Positions 20,914 through 28,334 of a stretch of DNA of 43,399 nt are shown piece after piece. A program made the translations under genes and the position numbers. The stretch spans positions 1-43,399 of the forward strand of contig DATJVW010000173.1 of the NCBI GenBank assembly GCA_035501675.1, given 5' to 3'. The DNA comes from Burkholderiales bacterium. GTDB lineage: Bacteria > Pseudomonadota > Gammaproteobacteria > Burkholderiales > SHXO01. Under the pieces are notes generated by a model. It ran no database searches and was not told the DNA's origin. It saw nothing but the letters and a program-made list of their open reading frames with translations. The number at the start of each line of letters is the position of its first letter. The stretch's first letter is position 1.

Positions 20914-22638
20914 CTAAGCGTTCATGCGCTCCAGCAGCGCCCGCACCTTGTCCGGATCATCGGTCTTGAGCATTCGGCTTGCGAGCTGCGTCACCTCGGC
21001 GAGATCGGACTTGAGCACCCGCTGCTTGACCGTCAGCAGGTGCGCCGGATGCATCGAGAACTGGCGCAGTCCGAAGCCGAGCAATATGCGCGTAAGCCGC
21101 TCGTCACCGGCCATCTCGCCGCATACCGCGACCGGAACGCCGGCCTTGTTCGCGCCGCGAATGACGTGCGCCACCAACTGCAGCACGGCAGGGTGCAGCG
21201 GGTCGTAGAGGTGCGCGACCGCGTCGTCAGTGCGGTCGATGGCCAGGGTGTACTGAATCAGGTCATTGGTGCCGATGGACAGAAAATCGAGTTGCCGCGT
21301 GAAAGTGTTGAGCGACAGCGCAGCGGCCGGGATCTCGATCATGCCGCCCACTTGCATGTCGGGGTCGTAGGCGATGCGCTCCGCGTCCAGGCTCTTCTTG
21401 GCTTCGCGAACCAGATGCAGGGTCTGCTGCAGCTCGTGGACGGTGGACAGCATGGGGATGAGCAGACGGATCTTGCCGAAGTGCGATGCACGCAGGATCG
21501 CGCGCAGCTGCCGGTGAAACATTTCTGGCTCGGCCAGGCACAGACGGATGGCACGCAGTCCCAGCGCGGGGTTCGGCGCTACGCGCTCCGCGTCGTTGAG
21601 GTTCTTGTCCGCGCCGAGGTCGAGCGTGCGGATGGTCACGGGCAAATTCTTCATCTCCACCGCGACTCTGCGGTAGGCCTCAAACTGCTCGTCCTCGGAG
21701 GGCAGTTCATCGCGATTGAGGAACAGGAACTCGCTGCGGAACAGGCCGATGCCCGCCGCCGCATTCTCCTTGGCCTGGTGCACGTCTTCGGGCAGCTCGA
21801 TGTTGGCGTGCAGCTCCACGCGCGTGCCGTCCAGGGTGGCGGCGCGGGTGGTCTTGAGACGCTTGAGCTTCTGTCTTTCGAGTTGCCACTGCTCCTGGCG
21901 CAGCTTGTATTCGGCCAGGACGTACTTGTCCGGGTTGACGATGACCACGCCGTTGCTGCCATCCACGATCAGCAGCTCGTTCTCGCGCATGAGCGAGCGC
22001 GCGTGATGCAAGGCGACGATGGACGGGATGTTGAGGCTGCGCGCCAGGATCGCGGTATGCGACGTGGCGCCGCCCAGGTCGGTGACGAAGCTGCCGTAGC
22101 GGTGCTGCTTGAACAGGATCACGTCGGCCGGTGAGAGGTCGTGCGCGACCAGAATGCTGTCTTCCTCCTTGTGGCGCGGTGCGGGGATGCTGCGAGGCTG
22201 GCCGGTCAGCGCTTTCAGTACGCGCTCGACGACCTGTACCACGTCGGCCTTGCGCTCGCGCAGGTACTCGTCGTCGATGCGCTCGAACTGCTCGAGTAGC
22301 GCCTCCGCTTGTTGGGACACGGCCCATTCCGCATTGCACTTGCGCGCCTTGATCAGCTCACGGGGGGCTTCGGACAGCGTGTGGTCGCCCAGGATCATCA
22401 AGTGCAGATTGAGGAACCCCTCGACCTCGGGCGGGGCATTGGTCGGGATGTGCTCGGCCAGCGCCGCCAACTCGCTGCGGGCGGTGCGGATCGCGGCGTC
22501 GAAGCGCGCCTGCTCCGGTAGCACTTCGGCCTCGGGGATCGTGTAGTGCTCGACCTCCAGCTCGGCATGGCTCAGCAGGTGGGCATGACCGATGGCGATG
22601 CCCGCCGAGACACCGATGCCGTGGATGGTGAAGCTCAT
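20914..22638 (-). CDS. ptsI: Phosphoenolpyruvate-protein phosphotransferase (PTS enzyme I)
   Basis: 574 aa. MSFTIHGIGVSAGIAIGHAH N-terminus and phospho-His region GGATSHTAILARS. No GAF domain. No Shine-Dalgarno visible upstream of the ATG. Confidence 0.93.
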   Translation of the reverse strand: MSFTIHGIGVSAGIAIGHAHLLSHAELEVEHYTIPEAEVLPEQARFDAAIRTARSELAALAEHIPTNAPPEVEGFLNLHLMILGDHTLSEAPRELIKARKCNAEWAVSQQAEALLEQFERIDDEYLRERKADVVQVVERVLKALTGQPRSIPAPRHKEEDSILVAHDLSPADVILFKQHRYGSFVTDLGGATSHTAILARSLNIPSIVALHHARSLMRENELLIVDGSNGVVIVNPDKYVLAEYKLRQEQWQLERQKLKRLKTTRAATLDGTRVELHANIELPEDVHQAKENAAAGIGLFRSEFLFLNRDELPSEDEQFEAYRRVAVEMKNLPVTIRTLDLGADKNLNDAERVAPNPALGLRAIRLCLAEPEMFHRQLRAILRASHFGKIRLLIPMLSTVHELQQTLHLVREAKKSLDAERIAYDPDMQVGGMIEIPAAALSLNTFTRQLDFLSIGTNDLIQYTLAIDRTDDAVAHLYDPLHPAVLQLVAHVIRGANKAGVPVAVCGEMAGDERLTRILLGFGLRQFSMHPAHLLTVKQRVLKSDLAEVTQLASRMLKTDDPDKVRALLERMNA

Positions 22639-22827
22639 AGGCGGCGAAAGCGTGCAGGAATGAATGAAGCGGAAAGTGAAGGCGTAAAGCAGTGAAGGAG
22701 TGAATGCAGAAACCCCCGCCAGCGCGATGCCGTGCGCAGCCGCACGCGCGGGAGCATCTTGGCTTCAGGCGGACCTGTTTGGCGCGTCCACTCTTTCATT
22801 TATTCACGCATTCACCGCCTCACGCGC
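22639..22827 (-). other. Repeat-structured non-coding spacer between ptsH and ptsI (inverted arrays of GTGAA-type motifs plus a central GC hairpin)
   Basis: See the finding at 22639..22827. + strand 22657-22709 carries 5 TGAA cores, with AGTGAAGG twice. + strand 22802-22833 is four tandem 8-mers (ATTCACGC ATTCACCG CCTCACGC GCTCACTC). GTGAATGC (22700-07) and GCATTCAC (22808-15) form a perfect 8-bp inverted repeat. Central stem CGTGCG/CGCACG (22731-46) lies within CCCGC/GCGGG (22715-19 / 22748-52). Confidence 0.5.
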
Positions 22828-23097
22828 TCACTCCGATTCGCCGAACTTGTCGTTGATCAGTGCCAGCAGCGCCGCCATCGCTTCCTCCTCGTCCGGGCCG
22901 CTGGTCTCGACCGTCACCGTGGTGCCCCGGGCCGCCGCCAGCATCATCACGCCCATGATGCTTTTCGCGTTGACCCGGCGCCCGTTGCGCGACAGCCAAA
23001 CCTCGCTCTGGTACATGCTCGCGAGCTGGGTGAGCTTGGCCGAGGCGCGCGCATGCAGGCCGAGCTTGTTGGCGATTTCAACTTCCAGTTGCCGCAT
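22828..23097 (-). CDS. ptsH: Phosphocarrier protein HPr
   Basis: 89 aa. GLHARASAKL contains the active-site His, and RRVNAKSIMGVMML contains the regulatory Ser region. Confidence 0.9.
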   Translation of the reverse strand: MRQLEVEIANKLGLHARASAKLTQLASMYQSEVWLSRNGRRVNAKSIMGVMMLAAARGTTVTVETSGPDEEEAMAALLALINDKFGESE

Positions 23098-23494
23098 GTT
23101 CCAGGCTTGCCGGAGGCACTTGCATCACGCCTTCCACGCCGCCGGAGATGGCCTTGCTGACCACCACCTTGAGCGGCTCGTTGCGGTAGGTCAGCGCCCG
23201 CACCAGCATGGGCAAGTTGACGCCTGCCACGCCCTCCACTCGGCCGGGGACGAGAAGCTTGGCCGCAAGGTTCGCAGGCGTCGCGCCGTATAGATCCGTC
23301 AGCACCACCACGCCGTCGCCCCGGTCCAGCTGCTTCACCAGCTTGATGGCCTGCGGCAGGAGCTGCTGCGGGTCGTCGTGCACGGTGACGCCGATCTGCA
23401 TCAGATGCATGGGTCGGCTGCCCAGGACATGACTGGCGCAATGGATCAGGCTCTCGCCGAGCGTGCCGTGGGCAACGATGAGAAGTCCTACCAT
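23078..23494 (-). CDS. PTS EIIA component, mannose/fructose family
   Basis: ORF 23078..23590 trimmed to ATG 23494 (MVGLLIVAHGTLGESL, EIIA-Man active-site His region). Overlaps the ptsH start by 20 nt. Confidence 0.85.
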   Translation of the reverse strand: MVGLLIVAHGTLGESLIHCASHVLGSRPMHLMQIGVTVHDDPQQLLPQAIKLVKQLDRGDGVVVLTDLYGATPANLAAKLLVPGRVEGVAGVNLPMLVRALTYRNEPLKVVVSKAISGGVEGVMQVPPASLEHAATGS

Positions 23495-23522
23495 GGCGGC
23501 CGTGTCGTTTTCGGGAGACGAA

Positions 23523-23528
23523 ATTGTA
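23523..23528 (-). promoter_or_regulatory. Candidate -10 (TACAAT) for the EIIA-ptsH-ptsI unit
   Basis: The rc of ATTGTA reads TACAAT, 28 nt upstream of the EIIA ATG. No convincing -35. Confidence 0.2.
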
Positions 23529-23661
23529 CTCCGTGGCCCATGGTTCGTGACCGGCGACTCGCCATCCCTAGCCCTTGGTCTGCCAGCCACCTACCTCGCG
23601 CGATCTTGCCCTTGCCCGACAGCGGAGAGCCAAACGCAGCTATCCGGCAGCAGTCGACGAC

Positions 23662-24612
23662 TCACGCACCACCGGTCAGGGTTCTCTCTAGCGCATCGAT
23701 CATCTTGCCGGCCACATCGAACCCGGTCTGATCCATGATCTCGCGCATCCCGGTGGGGCTGGTTACGTTGATCTCGGTGAGGTAGTCGCCGATCACGTCA
23801 AGACCGACCAGCAGCATGCCCTGTGCCGCCAACTCGGGACCTACGGCTCGCGCGATTTCGCGGTCGCGCGGCGATAGCTCCTGCGCCACGCCGCGGCCTC
23901 CTACGGCGAGGTTCCCGCGTGTCTCGCCCGGCTTGGGGATACGGGCCAGGGCATAGGGCACGGGTTCGCCATCGATCACGATGATGCGCTTGTCCCCCTG
24001 CACGATCTCGGGGATATAGCGTTGCGCCATGACGGTGCGGCGGCCGTAATGGGTCAGCGTTTCGATGACCACCCCGATGTTGGGGTCCCGCCGGTGCAGG
24101 CGGAACACCGAGGCCCCACCCATGCCATCCAGAGGCTTAAGGACGATGTCGCCCTGCGCGTCGAGGAACGCGCGCAGCTCACGCTCCAAGCGAGTGACCA
24201 GCGTGGGAACCGTAAACGGGACAAAGCGGGTGATGGAAAACTTCTCGTTGTAATCGCGCAGCGCGCGCGGGCGATTGACGATGCGCGCGCCTTGGCTTTC
24301 GGCCAGCTCCAGCAGATAAGTGCTGTAGACGTACTCGATGTCGAACGGCGGATCCTTGCGCATCAGCAGCGCATCGAACTGCGACAACAGCACCTCATGC
24401 CTCTCCCCGAGCGTGTACCAGGCTGCCTTTTCACCCGTGAGGCCGATGCTGGCGGCGATCCCGCTCACCGCGCCGTCCCGGCACAGGATGTCCTCCTGAT
24501 GCAGCACGAACAGCTCGTGCCCGCGTCGGGAGGCCTCCTGCATCATCGCGTAGGAGGAGTCCTTGTAGGTCTTGATGTCGTCCAGCGGATCGAGAACGAA
24601 GGCAAGCTTCAT
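23662..24612 (-). CDS. gshB: Glutathione synthetase
   Basis: 316 aa. MKLAFVLDPLDDIKTYKDSSYAMM and an ATP-grasp C-terminal half typical of prokaryotic GshB. Confidence 0.95.
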   Translation of the reverse strand: MKLAFVLDPLDDIKTYKDSSYAMMQEASRRGHELFVLHQEDILCRDGAVSGIAASIGLTGEKAAWYTLGERHEVLLSQFDALLMRKDPPFDIEYVYSTYLLELAESQGARIVNRPRALRDYNEKFSITRFVPFTVPTLVTRLERELRAFLDAQGDIVLKPLDGMGGASVFRLHRRDPNIGVVIETLTHYGRRTVMAQRYIPEIVQGDKRIIVIDGEPVPYALARIPKPGETRGNLAVGGRGVAQELSPRDREIARAVGPELAAQGMLLVGLDVIGDYLTEINVTSPTGMREIMDQTGFDVAGKMIDALERTLTGGA

Positions 24613-24659
24613 GTGCGCGGGCTCCGCGCCCGCTCGAGGCGTCGAGGTGCCGATTAGGC

Positions 24660-25997
24660 TCAGGCGCCTGCGACCTTCAGCGCCTGCGGCCCGACCGCGC
24701 CGCGTTGGCCGGCACCGGCCTCGAAGGCGCCCGCCGCTTGCTCGAGTTCACGGGCAGCCGCCAGAAGGGCTAGACGGGCCACGATCCCGTATGTGTAGAA
24801 GCGGTTCGGCGCGCAGTCCGGGCTGGCTTCAGGATCGGGCAGCAGACAGGTGTCCTCGAAGGCGAGCGGGACAAATTGCATGCCTGGCGCGTTCAAGTTT
24901 TCGTCCTGCCTGCGCTCGGTGTGCACGCGATAAAAGCCGCCCACGACGAAGTGGTCGATCATGTAGATGACCGGCTCGGCGAAGGCCTCGTTCACGCTCT
25001 CGAAGGTGTAAACGCCCTCCTGCACCATCACGCGAGTGACCTGCAGTCCTTCCTTCACCACCGCCATCTTGTTGCGCTCCTTGCGGTTGAGGTCGCGCAC
25101 CTCGGCCGGGTCTTTCACGCTCATGATTCCCATGCCGTAGGTACCCGCGTCGGCCTTGACGATGACGAAGGGGTCGAGGTCGATATCGTATTCCGCGTAC
25201 TTGCGCCGCACGCGCGCGAGCACCATGTCGACATGGCTGGCCAGGCATTCCTCACCCTGCCGCTCCTGGAAGTTGATCTCACCGCACGCGCCGAAGTAGG
25301 GGTCGACGAGCCACGGATCGAGGCCAATCAGCTGGCCGAATTCCTCGGCGACCTGTTGGTAGGCCGCGAAATGATTGGACTTGAAGCGCGTGGACCAGCC
25401 TGCGTACAGCGGCGGGATAACCGGCTGTTCGAGGTTCTCGAGGATCTTGGGGATGCCGGCCGAGAGGTCGTTGTTGAGCAGGACAACACAGGGGTCGAAC
25501 CCCTCCACGCCGAGGCGATTGCCCTTCCTCACCAGCGGCTCGAGCAGCAGCCGACCGCCATCGGGCAGGGCCAGCTCCGTCGGTGAGGCGATCTCCGGGA
25601 TCAGCGTGCCGACCCGAACCTTCATGCCGGCGCGACGCAGGATGGTGCCGAGCACCGTGACGTTCTGCAGGTAGAACGTGTTGCGGGTGTGGTTCTCCGG
25701 GATGATCAACGCTGCGCGCGCCTCGGGGCAGACCTTCTCCAGTGCAACCATCGCCGCCTGCACACACAAGGGCAGGAACTCCGGATTGAGATTGTTGAAG
25801 CCGCCTGGAAACAGGTTTGTGTCCACCGGCGCCAGCTTGAACCCGCTATTGCGTAGGTCGACCGAGGCGTAAAACGGTGTCGTATGTTCCAGCCATTGGC
25901 TGCGCAGCCAGTGCTCGATGGTCGGCTGGGCGCTCAGGAGGCGCCGCTCCAAGTCGAGGAACCGGCCGCGCTGGGCCGTGATCTGGGGAAGGGTCAT
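24660..25997 (-). CDS. gshA: Glutamate-cysteine ligase (proteobacterial non-enteric type)
   Basis: ORF 24660..26033 trimmed to ATG 25997. The TTG at 26033 lies upstream of the candidate -10. YASVDLRNSGFKLAPVDTNLFPGGFNN is typical of this GshA lineage. Adjacent to gshB. Confidence 0.88.
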   Translation of the reverse strand: MTLPQITAQRGRFLDLERRLLSAQPTIEHWLRSQWLEHTTPFYASVDLRNSGFKLAPVDTNLFPGGFNNLNPEFLPLCVQAAMVALEKVCPEARAALIIPENHTRNTFYLQNVTVLGTILRRAGMKVRVGTLIPEIASPTELALPDGGRLLLEPLVRKGNRLGVEGFDPCVVLLNNDLSAGIPKILENLEQPVIPPLYAGWSTRFKSNHFAAYQQVAEEFGQLIGLDPWLVDPYFGACGEINFQERQGEECLASHVDMVLARVRRKYAEYDIDLDPFVIVKADAGTYGMGIMSVKDPAEVRDLNRKERNKMAVVKEGLQVTRVMVQEGVYTFESVNEAFAEPVIYMIDHFVVGGFYRVHTERRQDENLNAPGMQFVPLAFEDTCLLPDPEASPDCAPNRFYTYGIVARLALLAAARELEQAAGAFEAGAGQRGAVGPQALKVAGA

Positions 25998-26023
25998 CGC
26001 CAGGGATGGGAATCGTGCGCCGG

Positions 26024-26032
26024 ATTCTAACA
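26024..26032 (-). promoter_or_regulatory. Candidate extended -10 (TGTTAGAAT) for gshA
   Basis: The rc of ATTCTAACA gives TGtTAGAAT, about 27 nt upstream of ATG 25997. No clear -35, which an extended -10 can tolerate. Confidence 0.3.
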
Positions 26033-26179
26033 AAGAACGCTGCTGCGAATCCGTGCGACGCCGATCCGCTCACGGGGTGGAACGCCCCACGGGAGACCGC
26101 GTTGGCAGGTGCTTACTGCGGGCCCGGTAACCCCACCGCAGCCGATAGCGCGTCACAAGCACCCGAAGGGAAGGAGCCG

Positions 26180-26220
26180 GGGCCGGTCGCGAGGTGCTGC
26201 GCGCCGGCCCTGTCTTTTCT
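26180..26220 (+). terminator. Rho-independent-terminator-like hairpin oriented on the + strand (no + strand ORF upstream)
   Basis: GGGCCGG(t)CGCG-aggtgctg-CGCGCCGGCCC (11 bp with one bulge) followed by TGTCTTTTCT. On the - strand the trailing sequence is only CGGCUCCUUCCCUUC. The T-run abuts the DUF3592 stop. Confidence 0.45.
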
Positions 26221-26753
26221 CAGCGCAGCCAGTCGTACAGGGCCAAGCACCAGAGCCCAAGCGCTACCAGTGCCAGCCCGAGACCCAGCATGGGCGCTGT
26301 GCGTCCGCTGTGTGTGGGTTCGAGCACGGCCTCACTGGGGTTGTCCGCGTTGTAGTAGACCACGACTCCGCTGCGGTTGACGTAGCGCTCGATGAAGCGC
26401 TCCGCCTCCGCCCGGTCGCGCCAATGGGGCTGCTGCCCTGGCGTCAACTGGGTACCGAGCATTGTGCGCCCATGCACCGCGTACTGGTAGCCAACACGCG
26501 GAAACCAGTAGGTGCTTGTGCCGTACGCCGACTCGTCGACTTGTATGGACACCACCGTGCCGATGGTGGTCGGCCAATCGGAGGCGGCATCGGCACGCAG
26601 GGCCTCGGCTCCGACCCTGCCCAGCATCAGGAGCCCGAGCAGCATGAAACAGGAGCATGCCGTCAGGACCGAGACGTCGGTGATCTTGTCCCCCCCGAGC
26701 CATCCGGAGTTGGAGCGGAATATCCATCTCTGACCGATTCTGGAGCTCAGCAT
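26220..26753 (-). CDS. DUF3592 family membrane protein
   Basis: ORF 26220..26948 trimmed to ATG 26753. Architecture is TM helix, about 100-aa soluble beta-rich segment (GTVVSIQVDES...YWFPRVGYQYAVHG...VVYYNADNPSEAVLE), then TM helix, as in DUF3592. Uses AGA, ATA and AGG codons that look rare in neighbouring genes. Confidence 0.62.
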   Translation of the reverse strand: MLSSRIGQRWIFRSNSGWLGGDKITDVSVLTACSCFMLLGLLMLGRVGAEALRADAASDWPTTIGTVVSIQVDESAYGTSTYWFPRVGYQYAVHGRTMLGTQLTPGQQPHWRDRAEAERFIERYVNRSGVVVYYNADNPSEAVLEPTHSGRTAPMLGLGLALVALGLWCLALYDWLR

Positions 26754-27003
26754 GCGATTGCTCCTGGGGCGTGCCGGGCTGGGATGCAGCCTGGGCGCGA
26801 AGCGCCACCCGATGAACCGGGGAGCACTTCGATCAACGGGCCGCGGGGCGCTGCGAGCGACAACGTGGAGGTCCGCCCGCATGCCAGCGGCGCGAGGGGT
26901 GCCCGTAATGTGCTTCGCATAGACAGTCTCCTGAAGTCCAACTCTCAAACCGTTGCGCCGCTCGAGCCGGAGCGCTCATGCTTCTGCTCTGCGGCGTGGC
27001 TCG

Positions 27004-27040
27004 CCGTGGTGTGGCATCGCGGCACCACGGATTGCTTTTT
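27004..27040 (+). terminator. Rho-independent-terminator-like hairpin on the + strand inside the 510-bp gap
   Basis: CCGTGGTG-tggcatcgcgg-CACCACGG followed by ATTGCTTTTT. There is no A-run on the other side, so it is + strand specific. No credible + strand ORF upstream. Confidence 0.45.
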
Positions 27041-27263
27041 GAGCGGTCAGTCTAGTGATACCCGTGCGCGAAGCGAATCTTTGTCAAACTTCTGTGTATG
27101 GCTCGGCTCGAGCGGCCGTCGCCTGCTGGGAAGGGCGTCGCTGGTGGAAGGGGTCCGCGAGAGGTTGACGAACCGGGAGAAAATACCCCGGCGCTCTACG
27201 CCACGCTCGGGGAAACAGCTGACGCTGCCGCAGACTTAACGCCGCACCGCCGCTCAGCCGCGC

Positions 27264-27569
27264 TCAAGCGGCATTCGCGCGGACAGGGGCAGGATCTGAC
27301 TCCGTCATATGGTCACCGATCCTGATGCGGCGCGGGCCGCCGTTGGCCAGCAGCCGATGAACGATCTGCGGGACGATCCTCTCCAGGTCCCTAATCTGGT
27401 GCTCCAAGAGAACCCGCTCGGGAAAGTCCACCTGGTAGGTGATACCGCCTCGACGGATCCTGAACTCGTGGTTGCCACCGACCAAGTGGTAGTCGACGAC
27501 GGCGTCGGAAAGCTGCTGGCTCAGGTCTTCGAGGATCAGGCCGGCCTTGAGATCGGTGTCTACGCTCAT
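27264..27569 (-). CDS. Hypothetical 101-aa protein (no family recognised)
   Basis: ATG start. Third-codon positions are mostly G/C, consistent with coding. Predicted helix, three strands, helix by eye. Four AGG Arg codons. No motif I can place. Confidence 0.5.
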   Translation of the reverse strand: MSVDTDLKAGLILEDLSQQLSDAVVDYHLVGGNHEFRIRRGGITYQVDFPERVLLEHQIRDLERIVPQIVHRLLANGGPRRIRIGDHMTESDPAPVRANAA

Positions 27570-27578
27570 GCGCTTCTT

Positions 27579-27597
27579 CTTTACAATCCCTTTACAA
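27579..27597. repeat. Direct repeat CTTTACAA-tcc-CTTTACAA (11-bp period)
   Basis: Read directly. On the - strand it is TTGTAAAG-gga-TTGTAAAG, ending 9 nt upstream of the ATG of the 101-aa ORF. Confidence 0.6.
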
Positions 27598-27800
27598 GTT
27601 CAGATGAGCTTCGCGCGGCCCCTGCCGCGCAGCAGAAACCGTTCCAGTGTTCCTACCCCACCCCAGCAGTTCTGGAGCCAGACGCGCCGGTGTGCCTCGC
27701 ACGCAAACGCGCCACGAGGCGGTGGGTTGACCCTCTCTGCCCAAGAGCGGTCGTCTGCGGTAACATCTCCCGCCTAGAATCCCTGCGCAACAAGCGCTTC

Positions 27801-28334
27801 ATGAAGCTCGTCATCCTGGATCGCGACGGGGTCATCAACGTCGACAGCGATCAGTTCATCAAGAGCCCGGAGGAATGGAAAGCCATTCCGGGCAGCCTGG
27901 AAGCGATCGCTAGGCTGAACCACGCTGGGTACCGCGTGGTGGTCGCGTCCAACCAATCAGGCATCGGACGCGGGCTGTTCGACATGGCGGCGCTCAACGC
28001 CATCAACGACAAGATGTACAGGGCGCTGGCGCAGTCCGGAGGGCGCATCGACGCCTTGTTCTACTGCCCGCACCCGGCCGAGGCGAACTGTTCCTGCCGT
28101 AAGCCCAAGCCCGGCATGTTCCAGGACATCGCCCGGCGCTTCAACGTCGATCTTGCCGAGGTCCCCAGCATCGGCGACTCCCTGCGCGACGTGCAGGCCT
28201 CGGCGATGGCCGGCGCCCTGCCGATGCTCGTGCTGACCGGCAAGGGCGCGAAAACGCAAGCCGGTGGCGGCCTGCCCACCGGCACTTGCGTATATCGAGA
28301 TCTGGCCGAGGCGGTGCGGGCGATCATCGCATGA
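27801..28334 (+). CDS. gmhB: D-glycero-beta-D-manno-heptose-1,7-bisphosphate 7-phosphatase
   Basis: ORF 27309..28334 trimmed to ATG 27801 (MKLVILDRDGVIN, HAD motif I). Zn site CPH...CSCRKPKPGM. Confidence 0.9.
   Translation: MKLVILDRDGVINVDSDQFIKSPEEWKAIPGSLEAIARLNHAGYRVVVASNQSGIGRGLFDMAALNAINDKMYRALAQSGGRIDALFYCPHPAEANCSCRKPKPGMFQDIARRFNVDLAEVPSIGDSLRDVQASAMAGALPMLVLTGKGAKTQAGGGLPTGTCVYRDLAEAVRAIIA

Noticed and set aside
25998-26033. TTG at 26033 as the gshA start codon
   Set aside because: It lies upstream of the candidate extended -10 (26024-26032), whereas ATG 25997 gives a family-typical N-terminus. This stays low-confidence without TSS data.
26109-27239. 376-aa + strand ORF spanning the whole DUF3592 islet
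   Set aside because: It is antisense to the DUF3592 gene, which has a sensible TM-domain-TM architecture. It runs straight through the + strand terminator hairpin at 27004-27040. Its composition is Arg/Pro/Gly-rich.
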